A stretch of DNA of 44,094 nucleotides from Anaerolineae bacterium (GCA_041082215.1 JBDOIF010000095.1:1-44094), one strand, 5' to 3'. Shown: positions 11,744-20,710, counted from the first letter of the stretch. Made by a program: numbers and translations. The notes: generated by a model not told the origin, from the sequence alone.

Positions 11744-12553
11744 ATGGACACAGAGAAAAGGACGCTGGCAGCGGTTGTTTTGTCCGGTTATTCGCCGCAG
11801 GAGGAGGACCCCCTGGCGGCCTTTTCCCTCGGCCGGCCTAAAGGACTGATCCCCATCGCCGGGCGGCCGATGCTGGCCTATGTGATAGAAGCGCTGATGG
11901 GCTCCCGTTACATCGGCCCTGTCATCGTCGTGGGGCTGCCCCCCAACGAGCGCCCACCGCTTCCCGCCTCTGTAATCCACCTGCCTGCCCAGGGCGACAT
12001 TCTGGACAACGCCGAGGCAGGCCTGCACCACGCCCTCTCGCTCCACCCGGACCTGGAAGGCGTGCTGATCAGCAGCTCCGACCTTCCGCTATTGACCCCG
12101 GCCATCGTGGATCAGTTCATCGAGGATTGTCTGAAGACGGACCACGACCTCTATTATGGGGTTGTGGAGCGTTCGGTCATGGAAGGCCGTTTCCCCACCT
12201 CCCGCCGGACCTATGTTCGTTTCGCAGACGGCGAATTTGCGGGCGGAGACCTCCTGCTGGTGCGCTCCGGGGCGACCACGCTGGACCGGGAGCTGTGGCG
12301 GCGGCTGGCCCAGGCCCGTAAAAGCCCTCTGCGCCAGGCCCGGATGCTCGGCGGCCCCTGGGCTTTGTTCAAGCTCCTCACCGGGCGGATGTGTCTGGCG
12401 GAGGGGGAACGGCGCGCCAGTCAGGCGCTTCGCGTCCGCGGGCGAGCGGTCGTCTGCTCGTGCGCGGAGGTAGGGATGGACGTGGACAAGCCCTTCCAAC
12501 TGGAGATCGTGCGCGCTGAACTGGAGGCTCGTTTCTATGCTTCGACTTCTTAA
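11744..12553 (+). CDS. MobA-like nucleotidyltransferase (NTP_transf_3 fold)
   Basis: AVVLSG, KGLIPIAGRPML, SSDLPLL and MDVDKP motifs; SD AGGAG before ATG 11744. Confidence 0.85.
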   Translation: MDTEKRTLAAVVLSGYSPQEEDPLAAFSLGRPKGLIPIAGRPMLAYVIEALMGSRYIGPVIVVGLPPNERPPLPASVIHLPAQGDILDNAEAGLHHALSLHPDLEGVLISSSDLPLLTPAIVDQFIEDCLKTDHDLYYGVVERSVMEGRFPTSRRTYVRFADGEFAGGDLLLVRSGATTLDRELWRRLAQARKSPLRQARMLGGPWALFKLLTGRMCLAEGERRASQALRVRGRAVVCSCAEVGMDVDKPFQLEIVRAELEARFYASTS

Positions 12554-13064
12554 TCAGGCCCACCTCGATCGAATCCTGCACACCGACGCCAACCTCTCGG
12601 CCCGTCTGGCCGTCCGCAAAGGCTCCCTGCGGAAACTGGCCCTCCTCGTCGCCCACAGCGGCGACAGCATCCTGTGGATCGCCGGGGCAGTGGCTGCTTT
12701 TCTCTGGGGGGAGGCGGCCTGGCCTTCCTTCGGTCTGCGGACGCTGGTGGGAACGGCCGCGAGCGGGGCGGTTTCCACCTCCCTGAAATGGCTTATCCGT
12801 CGCCACCGCCCCGGGGGTCCCTCCGCCGGCCTGTACGCCCGGATTGACCAGCATGCCTTCCCCTCAGGCCACGCCACCCGGGCTGGCTGCATAGCAGTTG
12901 TCCTGGCCCCTCTCCTGCCCGGCTGGGGGGCTGGCCTCCTGGCCATCTGGGCCGCTATGGTCGCCCTGGCCCGCGTCTCCCTGCGGGTCCACTACCTGCT
13001 GGATGTGACCGTCGGCCTGGTATTGGGGAGCCTGGTCGGTTTGACCCTGCTGCACGTGCTGTGA
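12537..13064 (+). CDS. PAP2-family membrane lipid phosphatase
   Basis: KWLIRRHRP, FPSGH and ARVSLRVHYLLD catalytic motifs; overlaps the upstream gene by 17 nt. Confidence 0.92.
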   Translation: MLRLLNQAHLDRILHTDANLSARLAVRKGSLRKLALLVAHSGDSILWIAGAVAAFLWGEAAWPSFGLRTLVGTAASGAVSTSLKWLIRRHRPGGPSAGLYARIDQHAFPSGHATRAGCIAVVLAPLLPGWGAGLLAIWAAMVALARVSLRVHYLLDVTVGLVLGSLVGLTLLHVL

Positions 13065-13859
13065 TCATCCGGCCCGCTGACGGATCAACGCCACCACCAG
13101 CAACGCCAGTCCTCCCCCGAGGAGCACCACCGGCCCCAGTAGCCGATACCAGGGGCCGGCCAGGGGAGCAAGCGCCGCCAGGAGCACACAGACAAGCGCC
13201 GGCCAGAGGGCCCAGGAGCGTTCCCGTCGCAGGCCGGAAAGCAGGTAGACCAGCAGGAATGTCCCGCCCACCCCGCCGAAGAGGAGCGTGATCGGCGCCC
13301 ACCCCGGCCATCCCGGGGCCACCAGCGGCACAAACCCCACCGTTGTCAGGATACCGGCAGGGATAAGGGCCCACCACTGCTCCCGCCTCACCAGGTAAAC
13401 GATCCAGAAGGGGAAAGCAACCCCCCAGAGGATCAAAGCGCCGGTCCAGTTCTCCCCCAGCCAGGGCGCCAGCGCCGTCCCCGCAGCGATAAAGGTGAGG
13501 ATGCCAGCCGGGATGGTCGCCCACCAGAAAGCGCGGCCTCCAAAGAAGAGGGCCAGCCAGAAGGGGAGGGCGATGCCGAAGAAGATGAATCCGCCGGCAG
13601 CCACGTCGTCGGGGAGCAGCCCGTTGGCGGTAACGTACAGAAGAGCAGAGAGGGAAAGGAAAAGACAGGCAGGCCAAACCGCCCACCTGTACCTCGCTCC
13701 TGCTGTAAGCAGCACCAGGAAGAGGATCCCCAACGCTCCGAAGACAAGGGTCCAGGCCAGAGCTTCCCGACCGGCCAGGTATCCGAGGCGGTCGGCCAGC
13801 ATTGCCCCTCCTACCAGGATCAGAATCAACCCCAGCGCCACACTTGCCCGCCTCTTCAT
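13065..13859 (-). CDS. Polytopic membrane protein with internal WA-x-x-PA repeats
   Basis: About 9-10 hydrophobic helices; repeats RWAVWPA, WWATIPA, WWALIPA, SWALWPA; ATGA overlap with the upstream regulator. Confidence 0.8.
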   Translation of the reverse strand: MKRRASVALGLILILVGGAMLADRLGYLAGREALAWTLVFGALGILFLVLLTAGARYRWAVWPACLFLSLSALLYVTANGLLPDDVAAGGFIFFGIALPFWLALFFGGRAFWWATIPAGILTFIAAGTALAPWLGENWTGALILWGVAFPFWIVYLVRREQWWALIPAGILTTVGFVPLVAPGWPGWAPITLLFGGVGGTFLLVYLLSGLRRERSWALWPALVCVLLAALAPLAGPWYRLLGPVVLLGGGLALLVVALIRQRAG

Positions 13860-16800
13860 CTTTTCTTCCTCCTTCCCGTGTCTCTGCTTCCTGCTTCCTC
13901 ACTTCCGGCCCCCAGCCGCCCTTCCCGAATCTGCCGGGCCAGAGCCTGGGTCTCCGGGGCTGGTTCGACCCCCAGCTCTCCTCTCAGCCGCGCCTGGCAG
14001 CGCCGGTAAACGGCCAGGGCCTCCTCCCGTTGCCCCTGCAATGCATAGGCCCGCATCATCTGACGATGGAAATCCTCTCGCAGCGGGTCCACTTCCAGCC
14101 CACGCCGCAGCACCTCCACGGCCCGATCGAACCGCTCCCGCTCGATGAACCACCGGGCAAGCCGGTCAGCCGCCTCCAGAAACTGCCGTTGAAGCTGATC
14201 CCGCCGTGCCACGCACCACTCGTCATAACAGTCGGTCAGGAAGTCGGCGGTATAAAGTTCCACGGCCCGGGAAAGATAACGGACCGCCTTGACGGGGGGA
14301 GCCCGCTTCGCCTTCTGGACCAGTTGCTCGAACTCTTCCACATCGAACCAGTAGTCGAGGTCGCCGGAGATGCGATAGCCCCTCTCCTCATAGGTGAAGG
14401 GAACTACCCCCAGGGCCCGCTGGACCCGGTACTTGGTGTTATGGAAGGTGCCGGGCAGCCGGTTGGGCCGGAGGTCCGGCCAGAGATCGGCACCGATCTG
14501 CTCACGGGTGGCGGGGGAGTGGGAGAGGAGGTAGAACAGGAGATGGCGGGCTTTGGCCGATTCCCACGCAGCGGACGGGATGAGGACCCCGTCCCGCTCC
14601 GCCCGCCCCACGCCGAAGCCGTAGAAGCGAAAGGAAGGCCGATGGGGAGGCTGAGGCGGTGTGCGCTGCCCCTGCACCTGTCGGGCCTTACGGGCCAGCC
14701 TGTGCGCCTCCGCCAGCAACCGCCCGAACCGCTCCCCATTCCCGCCCTGCTCCACCGCCCACTCCAGCAGGGGGACCAGCGCCGGGAACTGGAGCGGCAA
14801 CAGCCGCTGCTGGTCCGTCCATTCCCCATCCCCGGGGACGGTCTGGAGGACCGCTTTCGCCTCCTCCACCCGCCCCGTCTCCCGGAGGGCCAGAGCGTAG
14901 AGAAGCCGGGCACGGACGGCCTCTTCTTTTGCATTAAGCTGCTCCAGCGCGTCACAGGCAGCCTTCAGCTCCTCCAGTCCCGCTTCTGTCAGCCCATCCT
15001 CTACCATCGCCAGCCCCAGGGTGGCCCGGAACCGTCCCTGCTGGAGGCCGAAGTGTTGCCGTTCGGCCATCGAGAGGGCGCTGCGGGCCAGCTCCGTCGC
15101 CTGGGTGGCATCTCCCAGCCGCAGGAAGGCCAGCGCCAGGGCCTCATAAGTCCAGGAGACCAGGAAAACGTTCCCGGCCACCTCTGCCAGCCGCCTTCCC
15201 TCATCCAGCAGCTCCACCGCCGCCTGAGGCTCCCCCATGTCCCGCAACAGCTCGCCGAGGCTCACCTGGGCATAGGCCTCGACGAGGGGATGGCCGATGG
15301 TGCGGGCGATGTGGAGGGCCTCCTCCAGACCCCGCCAGGCCTCGGCGTAGTCGCCGGACAGGTAGAGGTAGAACCCCAGGTCGTTGAGCGCCTCAGCCAG
15401 GAGGCCAGGGCTTCCCTGTTGTCGGGCGGCCTCCACCGCCGCCCGCTGGGTCTCAACCGCCCTCCTCAGCCGGCCCTGCCAGCGGAAGGAGTGGGCCAGC
15501 CCTTCCAGGATGAGGATCTCCCGTCGGTGAGAGCCGAGCGCCCGGCTTTCCCCCAGGGCGGCCTCGAGCTGGCGGGATGCTTCCTCGAAACGGCCCTGTC
15601 GGATCAGGACGACCCCCAGGATCCGGCGGGCCTCCACCCGGGCTTCCGTCGGCTCGGGGAGGTCTTCGGTCAGGGAGAGCGCCTCCCGGACCCGCTCTGC
15701 AGCCTGTTCGTTCTCGCCCCGGTTGAGGGCCAGCAGGGCCAGGCGGGAGAGGGTAAGGGCAAGGAGCGTCCGCTCTCCCTGCTGGCGGAACGTCTGCTCG
15801 GCGTAGGAGAGCCATTCGCGGGCCTGCTCCGTCTTCCCCGCCGCTGAAACGGCCATCGCAACCGAGAGGAGAAGGCGGGGGTAAGTGCGGAGCGCCTCTT
15901 CCGGCAGCCGCTCCGCCCACCAGGAGAGGGTGGTCAGACGGCCCTCGGCCAGCATTTCCCAGGCGACCCCATCCACCAGGCGGGCCGCTTCCAGGGTCTC
16001 CCCCGCCTCCAGGTAGTGTCGGATGGCGGCGTCCACCTTCCCCCGCGCTTCGAACCACGCCGCTGCCCGGCGATGGAGAGCGACATAGCGGGCCGGGTCC
16101 CCCTCCCGCAGACGGGCCTGGAGAAATTCCTGAAACAGGGCGTGGTAGCGGAAGCGGGGAGGCTCCACACCGGCTATACGGACGAGGAAGAGGTTTCGTT
16201 GTTCCAGTTGTTCCAGTATCTCCTCCGCCCGCTCCAGCCCCAGCGCTTCCCGGCAGAGGAGGGGGCTCATTTCCTGAAGGATGGAAGAGCTGAGGAGGAA
16301 AGCTCGCGTCGCCTCGTCCTGCTGCTCCAGCACTTCGCCGGCCAGATACTCGTAGAGGGGCTTGCCGGCCTTTCGGGCGCCGGTCAGGCCCTCCAGCAGC
16401 CCACCCCAGCGGACGTGCCGGGTGAGGATGATGCCGACAATCCAGCCTTCCGTTTCGGCCTCCAGGGCTGCCACCTCCTCCCGGCTCAGCCGGATCCCCT
16501 GGGTCTGGTTCAGGAAGGCCTGGATCTCCTCAGCCGTGAAGCGGAGGTCATCCTTCCCCAGGCCAGCCACCTGCCCCCTGGCGGCCAGGGAGATGAAGGG
16601 CAGGCCGCCGGGGATGGTGCGGGAAGCGATGATCAGGTGGCAGTGGTCGGGCAGGTACATCAGGAGCGTGGTGAGAAAGGAACAGACATCGTCCGAATCC
16701 TCCACCTCCTGGAAATCGTCGAGGATCACCACGAACCATTCCGGGATCTGCTCCACCATTTCGTTGACCAGCGTGCCGACCACCTCCTCGGCGCCGCCAC

Positions 16801-17122
16801 CGAGGGGTGCACCGCTCCGCACGGCCCGCCGGGTCCGCTCCCCGAAGCCCGGATAGGCCCGTTCCAGGCTGGCCAGCAGATATTCGACGAAGACGCGGAG
16901 GTCTTTATCCGACGCCTCCAAGGAATACCAGCAACAGGTCAGATCGGTCTCGTGGACGAAATCCACCAGCAGCGTGGTCTTGCCATAGCCGGCGCCAGCG
17001 GAGATGAGGAGAAGTTTGCGATCAATATGCTCGTGGAGAAAGTCCAGCAGCCGTGCTCGATAGAGCACGTCGGTCCGCCGGGAGGGGGGCGTAATCTTGG
17101 TGACGACCGGAGCGAATGACAT
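13856..17122 (-). CDS. MalT-like STAND NTPase / TPR / C-terminal wHTH-BTAD transcriptional regulator
   Basis: TKITPP..R..LL, Walker A AGAGYGKTT, VILDD, TEGW, RYHALF; TPR helices; C-terminal LWPD, DVEEFE, LYTADFL, DPLRE (BTAD). Confidence 0.9.
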   Translation of the reverse strand: MSFAPVVTKITPPSRRTDVLYRARLLDFLHEHIDRKLLLISAGAGYGKTTLLVDFVHETDLTCCWYSLEASDKDLRVFVEYLLASLERAYPGFGERTRRAVRSGAPLGGGAEEVVGTLVNEMVEQIPEWFVVILDDFQEVEDSDDVCSFLTTLLMYLPDHCHLIIASRTIPGGLPFISLAARGQVAGLGKDDLRFTAEEIQAFLNQTQGIRLSREEVAALEAETEGWIVGIILTRHVRWGGLLEGLTGARKAGKPLYEYLAGEVLEQQDEATRAFLLSSSILQEMSPLLCREALGLERAEEILEQLEQRNLFLVRIAGVEPPRFRYHALFQEFLQARLREGDPARYVALHRRAAAWFEARGKVDAAIRHYLEAGETLEAARLVDGVAWEMLAEGRLTTLSWWAERLPEEALRTYPRLLLSVAMAVSAAGKTEQAREWLSYAEQTFRQQGERTLLALTLSRLALLALNRGENEQAAERVREALSLTEDLPEPTEARVEARRILGVVLIRQGRFEEASRQLEAALGESRALGSHRREILILEGLAHSFRWQGRLRRAVETQRAAVEAARQQGSPGLLAEALNDLGFYLYLSGDYAEAWRGLEEALHIARTIGHPLVEAYAQVSLGELLRDMGEPQAAVELLDEGRRLAEVAGNVFLVSWTYEALALAFLRLGDATQATELARSALSMAERQHFGLQQGRFRATLGLAMVEDGLTEAGLEELKAACDALEQLNAKEEAVRARLLYALALRETGRVEEAKAVLQTVPGDGEWTDQQRLLPLQFPALVPLLEWAVEQGGNGERFGRLLAEAHRLARKARQVQGQRTPPQPPHRPSFRFYGFGVGRAERDGVLIPSAAWESAKARHLLFYLLSHSPATREQIGADLWPDLRPNRLPGTFHNTKYRVQRALGVVPFTYEERGYRISGDLDYWFDVEEFEQLVQKAKRAPPVKAVRYLSRAVELYTADFLTDCYDEWCVARRDQLQRQFLEAADRLARWFIERERFDRAVEVLRRGLEVDPLREDFHRQMMRAYALQGQREEALAVYRRCQARLRGELGVEPAPETQALARQIREGRLGAGSEEAGSRDTGRRKKR

Positions 17123-17267
17123 GCACCTTACTCAGCGATCCATCGCGCATTTGCAGAAAGGGCGCCGGGGAGCGGTGGAGGCTTCCGCGAGGCGCCGGAG
17201 AGCGTTCAGCCTGTTTTTCGCACAGATATCGCTTCGTGGCCTGAGGTGCGAGAGCCAGGTTAAGGGT

Positions 17268-17295
17268 ATTGTAAAGGAGAGTGGAGAGATGTCAA
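17268..17295 (-). promoter_or_regulatory. Near-consensus sigma70 promoter for the STAND regulator
   Basis: TTGACA (17295-17290), 16 nt, TACAAT (17273-17268); overlaps the upstream gene's stop codon. Confidence 0.75.
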
Positions 17296-18533
17296 GCTTT
17301 CAGCCGCCTCATCTGGCGTTCCAGCCGTTCCAGCCGGCGGAGCAGCTCGCACAGCACCCGGTCCCGCCGCTCTCCCTCCGGCCACTGGCGGGCCCGGGCC
17401 AGGGCCAGGCGGGTCCATCCTGCTGCCAGGAACGGGCGGCGGAAATACCACTCGAAGAGCTTGGCCAGTTCTACCGGAGCCAGGATTCCCTGCGGGTCCT
17501 CCACCGCCAGTTGCTGCCACCAGACCGTCGTCTCGGCGTATCGGCCCGACCGCTTGATGCACTGGGCCAGGTCCCGCAATGCCCGCAGCCGGAGAGGAAG
17601 GGGCAGCCCGGCCGCCAGCGCGGTCCGGAGCATCCCCTCCACGTCTCCACCGGCCTCCTCGTACCAGCGGGCCAGGCAGTATAGCTCAGCTCCGGTCACG
17701 TCGGGTTCCCTCAGCGGGTCGGTGAAGATGCGGGCCAGGCGGGCAACAAGGGTGACCATGCTGAGGATGTCCACCTGATTGTGGTAGAGGACCCGGACGA
17801 TCTCCCGGGCATCGCCGGTGCGCAGGTAGTCGCGGTAGATCAGGGGGATCACCCCGCTGGGCACATCGGCCTGATCCCGCCGAACCCCCAGGACCTCCCG
17901 CTCCAGCACCCCCAACGCGCAGGAGGGGAGCCGTTCCCGCCACAGCCGCCGGGATAGGGACAGGAGGTCCAGATGGGGAACCCCGGCCAGTGGAAAGGGG
18001 AGCCGGGCGAGGAGAAAGCGGGTCTCCAGGATCGGCAAATCGAAACCGTGGCCGTTAAAGGTGATCAGCGCCTGGAAGCGGGAGAGTTGCTCCTGGAGGA
18101 AGTAGACCATCGGCAGCTCGTCGCCGGGATCGCGGAGGAAAGGCTGGAGGATATGGAAACGATCCCCCTCGAAGAAACCCATCCCCACCAGAAAGGCCAT
18201 CGTCCCCGTCCCGCCGGAGAGGCCGGTGGTCTCTGTATCCAGGAAGAGCACGCGGTCCGATTCCACTTCGGCCAGAAGGGGATCCCCTCCCATAGCCGCA
18301 AGTGTCCGGGGCGGGATGGAAAAGAAAGCATCGAGAGGGAGAGTTCCATGAAGATGGTGCAGAGGAAACTCCAGATGGGCTACGAAGCAGCGGCCGTGGG
18401 GAGTTTCGTAGAAGTTCCCCTTTACCAGGCTCTCGATGGCGACAGCGCGGCGGGGGGATGGTGGAAGCTCCCGCACGCCGCGCACCATCCCCAGACGACG
18501 CAACCGATGACGAAGTTCCTCCCGTTGTTCCAT
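17292..18533 (-). CDS. DEDD 3'-5' exonuclease, RNase H-like domain plus TPR (YprB/MrfB-like)
   Basis: FLDTETTGL, TFNGHGFDLP, HLDLL, HNQVDI motifs; helical C-terminus. Start at ATG 18533 or TTG 18542. Confidence 0.85.
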   Translation of the reverse strand: MEQREELRHRLRRLGMVRGVRELPPSPRRAVAIESLVKGNFYETPHGRCFVAHLEFPLHHLHGTLPLDAFFSIPPRTLAAMGGDPLLAEVESDRVLFLDTETTGLSGGTGTMAFLVGMGFFEGDRFHILQPFLRDPGDELPMVYFLQEQLSRFQALITFNGHGFDLPILETRFLLARLPFPLAGVPHLDLLSLSRRLWRERLPSCALGVLEREVLGVRRDQADVPSGVIPLIYRDYLRTGDAREIVRVLYHNQVDILSMVTLVARLARIFTDPLREPDVTGAELYCLARWYEEAGGDVEGMLRTALAAGLPLPLRLRALRDLAQCIKRSGRYAETTVWWQQLAVEDPQGILAPVELAKLFEWYFRRPFLAAGWTRLALARARQWPEGERRDRVLCELLRRLERLERQMRRLKA

Positions 18534-18584
18534 AACGATCAAATCACAGAACAGGGTTGGGCTTCAGCTCGCCCTCGGCTTACA

Positions 18585-18613
18585 ATTATCGCACAAGTCC
18601 TTTCAACGATCAA
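18585..18613 (-). promoter_or_regulatory. Putative promoter for the exonuclease gene
   Basis: TTGATC (18613-18608), 17 nt, TGc-GATAAT (to 18585). Confidence 0.55.
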
Positions 18614-18673
18614 TGGACATCAGGCACAGGGTGCATTTCAGTTTGGTGGCAAGTTACACCTTAATTTTGCCCA

Positions 18674-20221
18674 TCAGCGAAGGGGCAAAGCAAACAGCGT
18701 TGTCCCCACGGCCAGGACTGCCAGGATCACCCCCCCGTATACCATCGTTTTCCGCATCGTGTCCCCCTCGTCGGCTCCGACCGGGGCACAGCCGACGATC
18801 ACCTTGGCCGGGGCAAACATCCCCCCGATCGCCCCCCCTGCCGTCTGCGCCGCCAGCGCCCAGAGGGGGTCCATACCGACCAGTGTCGCCACCCGCTCCT
18901 GCAACGCCCCGAAGACAACGTTGGAGTTGGTGTTGGACCCGGTCATAAAAGCTCCCAGTGCGCCGATGAAGGGGGAGGCCAGAGGGAAAGCCGGTCCCAC
19001 CACTTCGCTGATCCCCTCTGCAAGAAGGTGGGTCATCCCTGCGTGGTCCATCGTCACCGCCATACCCACCATCGCGAGGATGCCGACGCTGGAGGGGACC
19101 GCCTTACGGACCACGTCCCGCATGATGCGACGGGCAGCACCAGGCCGGTAGGCCCTGCGCCAGCGGAACAATCCGTAGGACAGCAGCGAGGCGTAGAGCA
19201 GGAGTGCCCCTGCATGGCCAAACAGGTCAATGGTCCGCGCCGTGCCCGCCGGCGTGATCCACCCCCGTCCGGTGACCAGCTCCGGCGTTTCCACCCGTAT
19301 CACCACCTGTCCCAGGAACGCCTTTACCGCCGGGCTGAACTCCGCCAGCAGCACGATGGCCACCAGCAGACCGTAAGGGATCAGCGCCCATCCCAGCCCC
19401 ATTCCTTTCTCTCCCCGCCCATCGGCCGCCTGGCGGGCCGGGGCCTGCCTGCTCTCCCTCCATCGCGCCCAGGCTACCCCAACCCCCAGCCCGGCCAGTC
19501 CGCCGCACATCCCGCCGATGGTCCAGAGGCCGTGAACGACCGCCAGGTACTGAGTCCCGGCCATCGCCAGGCCGATGACGGCCAGAGGAGCCAGGCCGTG
19601 CCGGAGCGTCTGTGGCCCGCCAGCTGCCCAGAGCACACCCGCCCCACACAGAAGGCAGGCCAGCCCCAACAACACTGCCGCCGGCGGGGCCAGCTCCGTC
19701 CCGGACCGCCCTGTGGCGGCCATCAGTGCGAAGAAGGAAGAGCCCAGGGAGCCGAAAGTAACCGCCCAGGAATGGCCCACCGAGGGGATGACGATGGCGG
19801 CTACCGGCGGGAAGCCCAATCCGACCAGCAGCGGGCCCAGCACGGCCACAGGCACCCCGAAGCCGCCTACCCCCTGCAGAAAAGCGCTGAAAGCCCATCC
19901 CAGGAGAAGCGCCTGAAGTGCCCGGTCGCCCGTCAACCGGGGCAGGCCTTCGCCGACGACGGCCACAGCTCCTGCCTCATCGGTCACCCGGTAGAAGAAA
20001 AGCGCTCCCCAGATAATGTAGAGCACAAAGAGGGCGAGGAAAAGCCCCTTGACCTGGGCCCAGAGCAGCACCTCCCAGCCAGCGCCGAAACGGAGGGCAG
20101 CGATCAGGACGGCGATCAGCCATCCCACCGGGCCGGCTTTGGTCCCCTGCCAGCGAAGCCCCAGCATCAGGATCAGGATAGTGAGGATGGGGGCGAAGGC
20201 GAGCAGCCAGTCGAGCAACAT
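18674..20221 (-). CDS. lctP: L-lactate permease (LctP family)
   Basis: FLQGVGGFGVPVA, VTFGSLG, GAFMTGSNTNSN, AAQTAGG motifs; polytopic. Confidence 0.88.
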   Translation of the reverse strand: MLLDWLLAFAPILTILILMLGLRWQGTKAGPVGWLIAVLIAALRFGAGWEVLLWAQVKGLFLALFVLYIIWGALFFYRVTDEAGAVAVVGEGLPRLTGDRALQALLLGWAFSAFLQGVGGFGVPVAVLGPLLVGLGFPPVAAIVIPSVGHSWAVTFGSLGSSFFALMAATGRSGTELAPPAAVLLGLACLLCGAGVLWAAGGPQTLRHGLAPLAVIGLAMAGTQYLAVVHGLWTIGGMCGGLAGLGVGVAWARWRESRQAPARQAADGRGEKGMGLGWALIPYGLLVAIVLLAEFSPAVKAFLGQVVIRVETPELVTGRGWITPAGTARTIDLFGHAGALLLYASLLSYGLFRWRRAYRPGAARRIMRDVVRKAVPSSVGILAMVGMAVTMDHAGMTHLLAEGISEVVGPAFPLASPFIGALGAFMTGSNTNSNVVFGALQERVATLVGMDPLWALAAQTAGGAIGGMFAPAKVIVGCAPVGADEGDTMRKTMVYGGVILAVLAVGTTLFALPLR

Positions 20222-20310
20222 CTCCCGTTTCCCTCCAGATCGGATCGCGGAGCCAGCGCACGAACTTACATCTTACCAGCAGGTCGTATGAATGGCAAGT
20301 TCCCTTTCTC

Positions 20311-20388
20311 ACCACGGAGAGGCCACAGAGTTCTGCAGAAGATTCCGAGGCCCCCGGTGTTTCTCTGTGCCCTCCATGCCTCTGTGGT
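20311..20388. repeat. ACCACAGAG...CTCTGTGGT-type inverted repeat
   Basis: accacggagaggccacagag ... ctctgtgccctccatgcctctgtggt, between divergent promoters. Confidence 0.75.
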
Positions 20389-20421
20389 CCTTCTCCTTCA
20401 GAATCCCCTGCTAGAGGCCTC

Positions 20422-20450
20422 TTGCCGTTCGACGGGATGCGGAGTACAAT
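20422..20450 (+). promoter_or_regulatory. sigma70-type promoter
   Basis: TTGCCG (20422-20427), 17 nt, TACAAT (20445-20450). Confidence 0.7.
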
Positions 20451-20545
20451 ATTGCCCAGCAGGGGAACCCTCTCCCCTGTACTCCATGGTGAAAACATCT
20501 GGAACGGCGCCAATCCTGATCCCAATCTCTATCACCGGAGGAGGT

Positions 20546-20710
20546 ATGCGGACGGAAAAGGAGCGTCATCTGGAACGGCGGCGGCGGCGGCAACGGAAGC
20601 TGCGCTATCTGCGCCAGCGGCTGGAACGAACGAGCGATCCGGCCGAGCGGAAGCGATTGATCGAAAAAATCCGCCGCATCAGTCCTGCCGCGCCGGTACC
20701 CGAAAAATGA
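20546..20710 (+). CDS. Small Arg/Lys-rich protein, 54 aa (resembles DUF6800 family)
   Basis: SD GGAGGAGG, ATG 20546, MRTEKERHLERRRRRQRKLRYLRQRLERTSDPAERKRLIEKIRRISPAAPVPEK; ATGA overlap with the next gene. Appears in the ORF track only as the tail of 19028..20710. Confidence 0.82.
   Translation: MRTEKERHLERRRRRQRKLRYLRQRLERTSDPAERKRLIEKIRRISPAAPVPEK

Noticed and set aside
13062..13067. Abutting convergent stop codons TGATCA as a special site
   Set aside because: Tight convergent packing is common; nothing else supports a function.
19028..20545. 560-aa plus-strand ORF 19028..20710
   Set aside because: Antisense to lctP; only the last 54 codons have a promoter and SD.
20422..20706. N-terminal extension of RACo in the ORF track (likewise the extensions of clpB, dnaA and xdhC)
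   Set aside because: They run through promoters or repeat elements; internal starts have SDs or coupling and match family N-termini.
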